A DNA stretch of 64,000 nucleotides, taken from NCBI GenBank assembly GCA_000092065.1, contig CP000585.1, one strand, 5' to 3'. How positions within the stretch are numbered: position 1 is the stretch's first letter; every line of letters starts with the position of its first letter. The position numbers and the translations under genes were made by a program. This DNA is from Ostreococcus lucimarinus. Its lineage: Eukaryota. The notes beneath the pieces are model-generated. The model worked only from the letters and a program-made list of their open reading frames with translations. It was not told the DNA's origin and did not search any database. This document shows, piece after piece, positions 19,895 to 29,202 of this stretch.

Positions 19895-21478
19895 ATGGAC
19901 CCGCGCTTCGGTCGCGACCGCGCGAACGCGCGCGCGCGCGCGCGCGCGCCGCCGCCGCCGCCGCCGTTGCCGCACCGCGCGCCGCCACCGCCACCGCCAC
20001 CGCCGCACCCCGCGAACGACGACGCGAACGTCGAGATCGACGTCGACGCGCTGCGATCGATGCCCAAGGACGAGCGGCGCGCGCTGGCGCGCATCGCCAA
20101 AGCGCTGCTGTCCGCCGAGGACGAAGAGACGAAGATCGAGCTCGCGGCGGAGTTGCAAAAGAGATGCGCGCGCGCGGCGAATGCGGCGGCGAACGGGACG
20201 GCGACGCCGAACGCGGGACGCGAGGACGACGACGCGCGACGACGCGATGAGGACTCGAACGCGACGGGAACGTCGGCGATGGCGCGCGCGGGCGCGCGGT
20301 TCGGCGACTGGACGGCGTCGCGAGAGGACGCCGAGACGCCGAGGACGAAGAAGCGCAAGACGACGACGAGCGAGACGGCGAGCGGGACGGTTCCGTCGTC
20401 GACCGAACGCGCGGCGCGCATGGATCGCGCGCAGCGATTCGCGCGGGAGGCGATACAGTTCGCGAGCGACGTGGCGAACGCGAAGGGGCGCGGGACGCCG
20501 ACGATGCAGGAGATGAAGATGCGCGACGCCGCGGCGGTGGGGACGAACACGGCGCTGGAGAAGACGTATTTACGCCTGACGGAGGCTCCGTCGATGGCCA
20601 CGGTGCGACCGCCGCACGTGTTAGAGCGCGCGCTCGAGTTGGTAAAGAGTAAATGGGTCGCGCATAAAGATTACGAGGGTTACGCCAAGGATCAGTTGAA
20701 ATCGATCCGGCAGGATTTGACGGTGCAGCACATTCGCGACGGGGATTTGGTGTTGCAGACGTACCAGACGCACGCGCGCATCGCGCTCGAGTGCGGAGAT
20801 TTAGCGGAGTATAATCAGTGCCAAGCCGTGCTGAAGGTGCTTCACGCGGAACTACTCGAGCGCACGTTCGGCGTCGATCACCCGTCGCCGTCGAAAAAGG
20901 GGAAAAAGTCTGCGTCCAAAAAGTCGAGCGGGAAGAAGCGATCGTCGAGCGAACGCGACGAAGACACGGATCGTTTCCCGGAAGGTACGGACGATATCGC
21001 CGAGTTCGCGGCGTACAGATTAATCTACGCCGCGGGCGCGGGCTCGAAGGGCGAGCGAAGTGCCGCGCTTCTGCGCGAGCTTCGCGACATCCCGCCGCGG
21101 CTGCGAACGCACCCCTTCCTGGAGCACGCCGTCCGCGTCTGCCGAGCGCTCGCGTCGTCCAACTTCCACCGTTTCTTCGCCCTGTACAACACCGTTCCGC
21201 GCATGGGCGCGTACCTCATGGACATCATCGCTCCATCCGTTCGCACGGACGCCGTTCGCGCCGTTCTCCGCGCGTACGCTCCCACCGTTCCCGTGGAATT
21301 CGTCGCCTCGGCGCTCGGCTTTTCCTCGAGCGCTTCGTGCGCCGACGCCCTGGCCGAGCGCCATCGCGCCGTCTTCGACGGCGCCGCGCGCGATCGCCTC
21401 GACGTCAGGGCCACGAACGCCGCCATCGCCGCCAACGCCGTTCGACCGTCCGTGTTAGATCGTCTCGCGCGTTTTTAA
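19895..21478 (+). CDS. SAC3/GANP-domain protein (THP3/LENG8-like).
   Basis: LEKTYLRLTEAPSMATVRPPHVLERALELVKSKW...DYEGYAKDQLKSIRQDLTVQHIRDGDLVLQTYQTHARIALECGDLAEYNQCQAVLKVLH is the SAC3/GANP signature. The N-terminus is Pro/Ala/Arg-rich. ATG at 19895. Confidence 0.75.
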   Translation: MDPRFGRDRANARARARAPPPPPPLPHRAPPPPPPPPHPANDDANVEIDVDALRSMPKDERRALARIAKALLSAEDEETKIELAAELQKRCARAANAAANGTATPNAGREDDDARRRDEDSNATGTSAMARAGARFGDWTASREDAETPRTKKRKTTTSETASGTVPSSTERAARMDRAQRFAREAIQFASDVANAKGRGTPTMQEMKMRDAAAVGTNTALEKTYLRLTEAPSMATVRPPHVLERALELVKSKWVAHKDYEGYAKDQLKSIRQDLTVQHIRDGDLVLQTYQTHARIALECGDLAEYNQCQAVLKVLHAELLERTFGVDHPSPSKKGKKSASKKSSGKKRSSSERDEDTDRFPEGTDDIAEFAAYRLIYAAGAGSKGERSAALLRELRDIPPRLRTHPFLEHAVRVCRALASSNFHRFFALYNTVPRMGAYLMDIIAPSVRTDAVRAVLRAYAPTVPVEFVASALGFSSSASCADALAERHRAVFDGAARDRLDVRATNAAIAANAVRPSVLDRLARF

Positions 21479-21571
21479 TCGCGCCCGAGCGCGCGTCCCG
21501 CCCCGTCCCGTCCCGACGACAGTTGGTAAAGTGCGCTGGGCGCACATCGCGGCGCGATTCCTGACGCGAGC

Positions 21572-23086
21572 ATGGCGCGCGCGAAGATGACGTCGAGGCG
21601 CGCGCCCGGCGGTAAGGTCCGCCGTCCGCAGTTCACCGTCGGGTCGCCTCGCGCGCCCGCGCGCGATCGCGTCGGCGCGAGCGACGCCGCGCGGCGCAAC
21701 CGCACGCTCGCGCGCGTCTTCGCGCTCGGCGAGGATTGGACGGTGGCGGACGCGCGCGCGCGCGAGCGAGCGTTCCTCGCCGAGTGCGACGACGGCGCGT
21801 GGACCGGGCTGACGACGTACGACGCGCTGGAGGAACACGGGCTGTTCACGGCGGTGGTGGAGGCGGGATGGCACGAATTGTGTCGAGCGCTCGGCGTCGA
21901 CGAGGACGAACGCGCGGCGTACGGACCGTGGCGGTACGTTCCGGGACGGATTTCGCACGAAGCGGTGCCGTGGGATGATTTCGACGAAATGTATTGGAAG
22001 CACAAGGCGAAGGGACTCGTGGACGACGATTTGATCGAGACTTTAGAAGACGAAGGCGACGAAGACGAATACGTCACGACGCACGCCAAGCTTTCTCGCG
22101 ACGACGTGGCGTCGCTTCTGGAGGAGTACGGTAAGCGTTACCTGTTCCTCATCGTCCGCGAATTTGAAGGCGCCGACCACGTGGCGGCGAAGAGCCTAGC
22201 GTTGGACGCCAATATGGAGTACGTGCGGCACCAGCACGAGCAGAAGAGCGCGCACCCGGGCGTGCCCATGGCGAGGCTTTTAGATCCGAAAGAGCTCTCT
22301 TTCGACGAAATCAAGGCTATGTATAAGGCGGCGGGGCTGCGCGTAGGAAAGAACGCCAAGCGCGAGTCGCTTCTCAGAGAACTCGTCATTGAGGACAGAG
22401 CGCTCGAGCTCGACGCGTACGGAAAGGCGTTCGCAAAAGTTGTGAAGCGGCTCGACGTGGAGACCAAAAAGTTGCAGGACAAAATAGAAAAAGCCGTGAA
22501 CAAAGCCGTCAAGTCCGTGATCATCGACAAGTGGGACACCGATCGCAAAAATGATTTCCTCGCCACTCACGACCATTGGAGCGACGAGCGAAAGAAGGCT
22601 TGGCACGATGGCGTTGCCAGTCGATTGAAGAAGACGCAGAACGCGAAAAAGGTGCAGCCGAAGACGACGAAAGCGCAGCCGAAGACGACGAAAGCGCAGC
22701 CGAAGACGACGAAAGCGCAGCCGAAGACGACGAAAGCGCAGGCTAATAAACCGGCGAAACCCAAACGAAAACGAAACGATCCGTTGGTCACGTCGGACTT
22801 CGCCGTCGGGATGGAATTGTACGTCCGAGGCGCGAAAGGCGAGACGTGGCACGCCGAGGTGACGAAAGTGCGACCGTCGAACGCGAAGTGCCCGATCGAG
22901 GTAGCTTGGCTCGTCAAGCAAAGCGATGATGCATACGTGTACTGGGACTGCGCGCACAGAGACGTGATCGATTTGCGCACCGTCCTCGAGACGCACGCGC
23001 CCGGGCACTTTCCAGCCGGGAAACGCGCGCGGTGCGTCGCGTGCGAGGCGGCGAAAACCACGTGCGCCAAGCGCGCGAAGACGTGA
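21572..23086 (+). CDS. Hypothetical nuclear protein with a SAP-like motif, 4-5 tandem KAQPKTT repeats and a C-terminal basic region.
   Basis: ATG at 21572. LSFDEIKAMYKAAGLRVGKNAKRESLLRELV resembles a SAP DNA-binding motif. The repeat block is (T)KAQPKTT x4-5. No clear family. Confidence 0.55.
   Translation: MARAKMTSRRAPGGKVRRPQFTVGSPRAPARDRVGASDAARRNRTLARVFALGEDWTVADARARERAFLAECDDGAWTGLTTYDALEEHGLFTAVVEAGWHELCRALGVDEDERAAYGPWRYVPGRISHEAVPWDDFDEMYWKHKAKGLVDDDLIETLEDEGDEDEYVTTHAKLSRDDVASLLEEYGKRYLFLIVREFEGADHVAAKSLALDANMEYVRHQHEQKSAHPGVPMARLLDPKELSFDEIKAMYKAAGLRVGKNAKRESLLRELVIEDRALELDAYGKAFAKVVKRLDVETKKLQDKIEKAVNKAVKSVIIDKWDTDRKNDFLATHDHWSDERKKAWHDGVASRLKKTQNAKKVQPKTTKAQPKTTKAQPKTTKAQPKTTKAQANKPAKPKRKRNDPLVTSDFAVGMELYVRGAKGETWHAEVTKVRPSNAKCPIEVAWLVKQSDDAYVYWDCAHRDVIDLRTVLETHAPGHFPAGKRARCVACEAAKTTCAKRAKT
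22650..22748 (+). repeat. 21-nt coding tandem repeat (aagcgcagccgaagacgacga), about 4.7 copies, encoding KAQPKTT.
   Basis: Direct reading of the sequence at 22649-22748. Confidence 0.9.
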
Positions 23087-23302
23087 CAACCGCATCGACG
23101 ATAATCACTCGATTTCCGAACGCGACCACCGCCCGAATCGCTCGCATTACCGCGTATTCATTGTAGACCCAAATGCGTCGCGTTCGTCCCGTCCCGTCCC
23201 GTCCCGTCGAGGTGACAGAATTCACGATCCAACGCATTCCGCGACGTTCGACGCGCTCGCACGCCCGCGCTCGCACGCTCCGCGCCCTCGCGCGCGCTCG
23301 AT

Positions 23303-23677
23303 ATGTTCACGACGGCGTCCACGACGCTCCAATTCGCGCGCGCGCGCGTCGACGCGCCGCGAAAGCGCGCGCGCGCGATGCGTGAGTCAGCACGAGATAA
23401 CCGTCGCGGTGGGTTCGCGCTGACGACGCGCGCGAGCAAGGACGACCGACCGACGAAGGCGTCGGAAGAGCTCGCGGAAAAGTTCACCACGGGTGGCGGC
23501 GGCGCCGATGGATTCTGCGATTACGACGACATCAAGGACGCGATCAAGGAGTGCGAGGGACTGGAGGGCGCGAAGCTCGAGGCGTGCTACGCGCAGTACG
23601 GATGTAACCTCGAATCCGTGACCGAGCACTACGCGAAAGCGGCGGGGATCGACAGCAAGAATGAAAAGGCGAAGTAG
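23303..23677 (+). CDS. Hypothetical small Cys-containing protein (124 aa) with a transit-peptide-like N-terminus.
   Basis: ATG ORF. The N-terminus is Ala/Arg/Thr-rich. The mature part is ...FCDYDDIKDAIKECEGLEGAKLEACYAQYGCNLESV. I considered CP12 but the AWD-VEEL core is absent. Confidence 0.4.
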   Translation: MFTTASTTLQFARARVDAPRKRARAMRESARDNRRGGFALTTRASKDDRPTKASEELAEKFTTGGGGADGFCDYDDIKDAIKECEGLEGAKLEACYAQYGCNLESVTEHYAKAAGIDSKNEKAK

Positions 23678-23745
23678 GCTTGACTAGGTACGCGCGTACC
23701 GTGTAAGTTATTACAACAACAAGAAAGAATATTTCGACGCGGCGA

Positions 23746-25305
23746 TCATTTGAAAAAGCACATTTTTCCGTAGTGCATCAACGTTCTGTAAAAGAACTTT
23801 TCCTGTAACAAGACGCGGGAGAGCTGGGAGTCAGCCTTGGACGTGCCCGGGACGGCGACCATGTGAGCGTAACCGCGAGCGTTGTGGTACCAATCGATCG
23901 GGACGCCCGGTTGGCCGTAAACGTCGACGCGCGCGCAGCGGTTGGATCGAAGGAGCATGAGCAGGGCGACGAACGCCGGTGATGGGTCGCCGCGATAGCC
24001 CCAACCGACGACGTTCGAGCCTAGCTCGAGGTCCGCGGAGAGCGAGTCGTGGATGATGCGGCCGACCTTGCGCGCAGATTCGTAGGCTTGCTCGTCCAAC
24101 TCCACCGTTATCACGTCTTCCGGGCCGTCGCGAATCATGGTGAATTTGCAATACTTGCGTTCCGTCAAGACGTTGCAGTACACAGCCGTGTCGTGCGCGT
24201 CGATAGCGGTGGCGAATCGACTGACAGCTCCGTTGTATCGTTCGCCAGTTTCGGGATTATACTCCGCCTCGGTCGTCCACGCGCAGGTGCCCATGCCTTG
24301 CGGCGCGCCGCCAAGCGACGGAAGGTCGGTGGCGTTAAACTTGGTACGCGGATCGTTGGAGTATTTAATCAACACCGTTGACAGACGCTTTAACGTCTCC
24401 GCGCTCGCTTGTGGATTCACCACGGCAGCCGCATCGGCCTTGAGCGCTCGTGCGAGTAAGTCTGTCGCCATGTCGGCGCATTGCATCGTTTTGAATTGGC
24501 AGCGAGCGTCGTAGCCCGTGATGTTCGCGGCGTGAAATATTAATTGCCGCTCCGTGGTTTCTTTCCTCCAATCCATGTCTTTCGTCATTCCGCTCAACAT
24601 TAGCGGGTTTTGGAATCTATACCTCCGCACGAGCTTGCCGTCTTTGTGGATAAGCGTCGACGTAGGCACCTCCACCTCGACGTCTTGCGCGCCGTCTTCT
24701 CCCTCGTCGTCCGCGTCGCCCAATAATTTACGCCTACCGATGACGTTCGGCAACGGATCACGTCCCGAAATGATCTTCAACTCCTCCTCCTCTGTCACAA
24801 TCTCGCTCTCCAGCGTCTTTTCCGCCTCCTTCATCTCCGTCTTCGCCTCCTTCAGTTCCTCCTTCACCGACTCTTCCTCCTCCAACTCGCTCGCCGTGCG
24901 CACCTTTTCCGTCGTCTTCGCCTCTTTGGTCAGGTAAAACGCCCGTTCACCGTCCAATTCGTGCAACTCTAACCCAGGAATCACCGCCGTGGGCGTGAAA
25001 TCATTCTTCAAGCACTGATCCGGCACTCCTAGCGCGGCCCATCGTCGCGTGGCGTCTCTCGGCGGCGCCGTCGCCGACGATCGTTCCGGCGTCTTCGTCC
25101 GCATCGACACGCGCCCGTGTCGACCGACGATGTGCGATTTACTCCCTCCTCGATCGCCCGCGCCGACGTCCGTCGTCACCGCCGCGACGACCAACGCGAC
25201 GAGGAATATCGCCGCCACGCTCGCCGCCACGAAGAGCGCCGGGTCGCGCGCCCAATCGAATCGCACCCCCGACCGCAGCGCCCGCCGCGCGATCGCGCGC
25301 GCCAT
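23746..25305 (-). CDS. Type II membrane glycosyltransferase, sialyltransferase-like (GT29-like).
   Basis: N-terminal signal anchor FVAASVAAIFLVALVVAAV. A C-terminal block PSPAFVALLMLLRSNRCARVDVYGQPG...WYH resembles the sialyl S-motif and VS/H motif. The ATG at 25305 is verified. Confidence 0.6.
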   Translation of the reverse strand: MARAIARRALRSGVRFDWARDPALFVAASVAAIFLVALVVAAVTTDVGAGDRGGSKSHIVGRHGRVSMRTKTPERSSATAPPRDATRRWAALGVPDQCLKNDFTPTAVIPGLELHELDGERAFYLTKEAKTTEKVRTASELEEEESVKEELKEAKTEMKEAEKTLESEIVTEEEELKIISGRDPLPNVIGRRKLLGDADDEGEDGAQDVEVEVPTSTLIHKDGKLVRRYRFQNPLMLSGMTKDMDWRKETTERQLIFHAANITGYDARCQFKTMQCADMATDLLARALKADAAAVVNPQASAETLKRLSTVLIKYSNDPRTKFNATDLPSLGGAPQGMGTCAWTTEAEYNPETGERYNGAVSRFATAIDAHDTAVYCNVLTERKYCKFTMIRDGPEDVITVELDEQAYESARKVGRIIHDSLSADLELGSNVVGWGYRGDPSPAFVALLMLLRSNRCARVDVYGQPGVPIDWYHNARGYAHMVAVPGTSKADSQLSRVLLQEKFFYRTLMHYGKMCFFK

Positions 25306-25572
25306 CGTCGTCGTCCGCGACGTCGTCGGCGCGCTCTTACCTCTCGCGTCCTTTCCCTGTTCGAGCGCGCGTCGTCGTCAGTCTCGTTCGCGCGCGTCTC
25401 GATCGCGACGTCGCCGCGTTTCGCATCGTTCGTTCGTCCACCGCCGTCGTCGCGGCGTCGCGCGCGCGCGCACCTCGTCCATCGCGACCTCTTCGTCGTC
25501 GCCGCGCCTCGGCGCGTCGCGCGCGTCCATCGCGTCCGTCGCGCGTCGAGGTGTCGACCGAAGTCGCGCGTC

Positions 25573-25598
25573 GATTCGATTCGATTCGATTCGATTCG
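25573..25598 (+). repeat. (GATTC)5 microsatellite in the 5' leader/promoter of the esterase gene.
   Basis: gattcgattcgattcgattcgatcg. Confidence 0.85.
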
Positions 25599-25641
25599 AT
25601 CGACGCGCGCGGACGCACACGGCGACGCGCGCGCCGCGGGC

Positions 25642-26961
25642 ATGGAGCGCGAGTCGGCGCCGATACGCGCCGCGCGTCGAGCGTTCGGCGCGACGGACGA
25701 CGACGCGCGCGCGAGCGCGAGGGACGGCGCGCGCGCGCGCGGGCGAGGGCCAACACCAAAACCAAAGGCGGAGCTCGCGCGCGGAGGCGCGCTGGCGAGC
25801 GCGCGGAGCGCGACGCTGGCGCTGGCGAGCCTGTGCGCGATCGCGGTGGTGAGCGCGCGACTGGACGCCGCGTCGAGGGGCGCGCGGGCGAGCGCGGTGG
25901 TGGTGGGAACGACGACGAGGACGAGGACGACGGCGACGGCGACGCTGCGCGAGGACGAGGCGGTGGAGCCGGAGTTGCGCGTGGGCGATCGCAGCGTGGC
26001 GTACGTCGCCAAGGGATGGAACGCGGAGCGAAGATTGATAGGGGACGATAAGATCGAGGCGATTTGGGAAGGACCGGCGGCGGAGAACGCGGCGGGGGAG
26101 TTTGAGGCGACGAAGCCGAAGGGCGCGCTGTTGGCGCTGCACGGTTGTCATCATAGCGCGAAGGACTTCTTCGCGACGAACACGAAGTGCTCGCAGTGTC
26201 GAGGACTTGCGCAAGAAATGGCGATTACACGCACGGCGCTGAATCGAGGATACGTCGTGTTGGCGATTTCGTCGTTGGGGACGTGTTGGAGCAAGGACAT
26301 CGACGCGCCGCGCGTGCAGGCGGTGTTGGACGTCTTTTACAACGACACCGCGCTGAGTGACTTGCCATTGTTTGCGTTTGGTGCGTCGAGCGGTGGTTCG
26401 TTTGTGGGAGCGATGCCGCAAATGCAACTGACGCCGAAGGCGGCGGGTTTAATTATTCAAATCGCTCCGGGACCGACGGCGTCGGGCGTCGTCGGCGAAG
26501 TTTTGGCGGATTACCCGCCGACGGTGTTCTCGCACATGCCGCGCGACGCGCGCACCGCCGAGTTCATCGCAGCGTCGATCGCAGACTTCCGCAACGCCGG
26601 CGTTCGCATAATTGAATCTCGTCTAGAGCCGAGAGCGATCGACGACGCATATTTCTACGAACAAAGTTTTGGACGAGTCTCTGAAGAGGAGAGCGCGGCG
26701 ATGGTCGCTTCTCTTCGCTCCTTTAACTTGATCGACGCCCAGGGCTTGCTCACGGAGGATCCGCGTTTGTTCGACGACGATCATATCATCATGATCAAAC
26801 GACACGCACCGGAGTGGGATAGCTTGCTCGCCGACCAGAGCGATACGCGCGAGTTATTAAACGTCGCGTACGCCATGCACGAGCTCAGCGCGCAGGACTT
26901 TAGCAAGAACTTTGCGTGGCTCGTTCGTTCGCACGCGCGCGTCGCGCGCTCGACGTCTTAG
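25642..26961 (+). CDS. Secreted/membrane-anchored alpha/beta-hydrolase (esterase/PHB-depolymerase-like).
   Basis: Signal anchor ALASARSATLALASLCAIAVVSA, HG oxyanion motif LALHGCHHSAKDFF, and nucleophile elbow FAFGASSGGSF. ATG at 25642, in frame with the track ORF from 25117. Confidence 0.7.
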   Translation: MERESAPIRAARRAFGATDDDARASARDGARARGRGPTPKPKAELARGGALASARSATLALASLCAIAVVSARLDAASRGARASAVVVGTTTRTRTTATATLREDEAVEPELRVGDRSVAYVAKGWNAERRLIGDDKIEAIWEGPAAENAAGEFEATKPKGALLALHGCHHSAKDFFATNTKCSQCRGLAQEMAITRTALNRGYVVLAISSLGTCWSKDIDAPRVQAVLDVFYNDTALSDLPLFAFGASSGGSFVGAMPQMQLTPKAAGLIIQIAPGPTASGVVGEVLADYPPTVFSHMPRDARTAEFIAASIADFRNAGVRIIESRLEPRAIDDAYFYEQSFGRVSEEESAAMVASLRSFNLIDAQGLLTEDPRLFDDDHIIMIKRHAPEWDSLLADQSDTRELLNVAYAMHELSAQDFSKNFAWLVRSHARVARSTS

Positions 26962-27008
26962 TTCGATTGGTGGGTTTTGTAATGACTATCTTGTTCGTAG
27001 AAGTATTA

Positions 27009-28037
27009 TTAATCCGACGAGGTTTTAAGCTTCTGAAACTCTTCGTCCAACTCGTCTGTCGCCGACCGCGTCGACGAGCCGTGCTTCTTCTTTGACAGGT
27101 GTTCGGATACATCGGCGTCGTCCTCGACGTCGTCATCTTTGGACGAGTGGCTCGACGAGTGATGCTTCTTCGACGAAGAGTGCTTTGAAGAGAGTTTCGT
27201 GCTCTTCTCTTCTTCTTCTTCTTCTTCTTCTTCTTCTTCTTCTTCTTCTTCTTCGTCGCGATGGCTATGTTTGGAGTGTTTCGAGTGCTTGGAATGGTGA
27301 TGACTGTGACCGATTTTTGCGACGTAATCGACCCCGGGACACTCTGTGGCGTGTATGTTCAAATCGTCGCACACGGCCGGAGGGCAGTACGGCCAACCGT
27401 CCATGGGATCGTCCACGCTTTTCAACATGCACATTCTACACGGCGTCTCGCCCGGCTTCTGACACGCGCTCGGCACGCCCTCGTGGTTCGCGCACTCCCA
27501 ATCGCGAAAGGCGTGACGCCCGGCGTTACGATTGCCGACATCCGTCGAGCAATCACCGAGATCGTACTTCTTCTCCTTCGATCTCGTCTCCACGCCTTCG
27601 CACCCAGAGACTTCGTACTTGTCGCACACCCACGAGCTACACTTCGCCGTGCCCGACCCCTCTTTCGACGCTTCCGAGCCGGCGAGATGACAAAACTGGC
27701 ACCCGTGCGACCCGACGCAGTTCGACGGCACTCCCTCGTCGTCGGTGCAGTGCTTGTTGTACTGCTGATACAGCCCGATCGCTCGATCGCCGTGCGACGC
27801 GTCGCAATCCACCTTCGGCGGCGGCGGCGGCCGCGGCGGATGATGCGGATGCGGCGGCGGCGGCGTCGGCGGCGGCATCGGCGGCGTCGGCGGCGGCATC
27901 GGCGGCGGCATCGGCGGCGCCGGCGGCGACTCCGCCCCGATCCCGAACCCTCCGTCCCACCCCCGTCGCGCGAGCGCCAGCGCGCCGACGCACGCCGCCG
28001 CCGCCGCCGCGCCGACGCGTCCTCGCCACCGCCCCAT
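27009..28037 (-). CDS. Secreted protein. It has a signal peptide, a Pro-rich (PPMPPPTPP...) stretch, a Cys-rich domain, an HSKHSKHSKHSH stretch, and a (Glu)16 run followed by a Ser/His/Lys-rich tail.
   Basis: Internal ATG at 28037 (MGRWRGRVGAAAAAACVGALALARRGW...) in frame with track ORF 27009..29090, whose upstream 351 aa are Arg-rich artefact. About 16 Cys in CxxC-type spacing. The (TTC)15-16 microsatellite encodes the poly-E run. Confidence 0.55.
   Translation of the reverse strand: MGRWRGRVGAAAAAACVGALALARRGWDGGFGIGAESPPAPPMPPPMPPPTPPMPPPTPPPPHPHHPPRPPPPPKVDCDASHGDRAIGLYQQYNKHCTDDEGVPSNCVGSHGCQFCHLAGSEASKEGSGTAKCSSWVCDKYEVSGCEGVETRSKEKKYDLGDCSTDVGNRNAGRHAFRDWECANHEGVPSACQKPGETPCRMCMLKSVDDPMDGWPYCPPAVCDDLNIHATECPGVDYVAKIGHSHHHSKHSKHSKHSHRDEEEEEEEEEEEEEEEEKSTKLSSKHSSSKKHHSSSHSSKDDDVEDDADVSEHLSKKKHGSSTRSATDELDEEFQKLKTSSD
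27204..27255 (-). repeat. (GAA)n/(TTC)n trinucleotide microsatellite, about 16 units, encoding poly-Glu.
   Basis: tcttcttcttc... run at 27204-27255. Confidence 0.9.
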
Positions 28038-28745
28038 CTCGCGCCCGCGCGCGCGCGCCGCGTCCCCGCCGCGTCCCCGCTCGACGTCTTCGTCCTCGCG
28101 CGCGTCCTCGCGCGCGCGCGCGTCCTCGCGCGTTCGCCGCGCGCGTCCGCGCGTCGCCTCGTCGTCGTCGTCGCTCGCGCTCGATCCCGCGCCCGACGAC
28201 GCGCGCGCCGTCCGCGCGTCGCGCGCCGACGCGCGTTCGCCGCGAAGGAGCGCCTCGCGCTCGTCGCGCGACGACCGCGGCATCCTCGCCCGCGCCGTCG
28301 TCTCGCGCGCGCGACGACGCCGTCGCGATGGTGTTGCGCGCGCGGCGTTACGAAAACCCGTAACACACCGCACACGCGTGCGATCGCGCGCGCGCGTCCC
28401 GTCCCATCGCGCGCCGTATTTAAGCCCCGAGGGACTCGCGCTCGAGTCGCGACTCGTCGACGAGATCGGATCCGTCGATCGCGCGAAGATACGCCCGCAC
28501 ACCCCGACGACGACGATGCTCGCGCGCACGACCGCACCGACTCGCACGACCGCCACGCTGCGCAGGTGCGCGCGAAGCGCGACGCGAATCGCGGCGCGGC
28601 GCGACCGCGCGCGCGACCGGAGACCGAGGACGCGCGACCGGAGACCGAGGACGCGAGGACGAGGGAATCGTCGCGCGAGGCGCGGCGAGGCGAGCGATCG
28701 CGCGCGCGAACGGACGAGAGGACTGACGAGACGCGATGGTGACGA

Positions 28746-29102
28746 ATGAATAGCCGCGTGGCGAAGCAAACGCGCACGGCGAAGCGCGGCGCGCGCGTCG
28801 CGGCGCGCGCGTTCGATGACGTGAACGTCGTGATCTCGTCGGCGAACGCGATTTGCCTGGCGTTGGGACGATTCGTGTTTTTGCCGTACCAACGCGCGCA
28901 AGTCGAACGCGTGGGCGCGCCGACGCAAAACGGACAGACGCACTTCGCGGCGGGCGACTCGCGCGCGGAGGAGGCGTCCTTCATCGTGTCGACGAACGAT
29001 CCGGCTGGGTTCACGATCGTGGACCTGCTCGCGTGGGGGTCCATCGGGCACGCCGTCGGATTTCTCGCGCTCGCGTCCCAGTCGGCGCAAACGATGTTGT
29101 GA
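28746..29102 (+). CDS. PSAG: Photosystem I reaction centre subunit PsaG (PSI-G) precursor.
   Basis: ALGRFVFLPYQRAQVERVGAPTQNGQTHFAAGDSRAEEASFIVSTNDPAGFTIVDLLAWGSIGHAVGF matches PsaG (LAWGSIGH...), not PsaK. ATG at 28746 with a short basic presequence. A longer transit peptide in an upstream exon is possible. Confidence 0.8.
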   Translation: MNSRVAKQTRTAKRGARVAARAFDDVNVVISSANAICLALGRFVFLPYQRAQVERVGAPTQNGQTHFAAGDSRAEEASFIVSTNDPAGFTIVDLLAWGSIGHAVGFLALASQSAQTML

Positions 29103-29202
29103 GCGTCGCCGCCGCCTCTAGTGGGTTTGTGATCGTATGAAAGACCGAACATAAGTCAATAATTCAATCGCGCTACGCTAAGAATGCTACTTTCTATGTG
29201 AG

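Noticed and set aside
23303-23677. CP12 (Calvin-cycle regulatory peptide) identity for the small Cys-containing protein.
   Set aside because: Cys spacing (Cx11C, Cx6C) and the absence of the AWD(T/E)VEEL core and C-terminal YED do not fit CP12. It is left as hypothetical.
25117-25641. The 5' 175 codons of track ORF 25117..26961 as part of the esterase.
   Set aside because: That segment is antisense to the GT29 gene and Arg-rich. A clean ATG with a signal anchor occurs at 25642.
28746-29102. PsaK identity for the PSI subunit.
   Set aside because: The LAWGSIGHAVGF and FVFLPYQR motifs match PsaG rather than PsaK (which has ...ACGAVGH...), so I called it PsaG.
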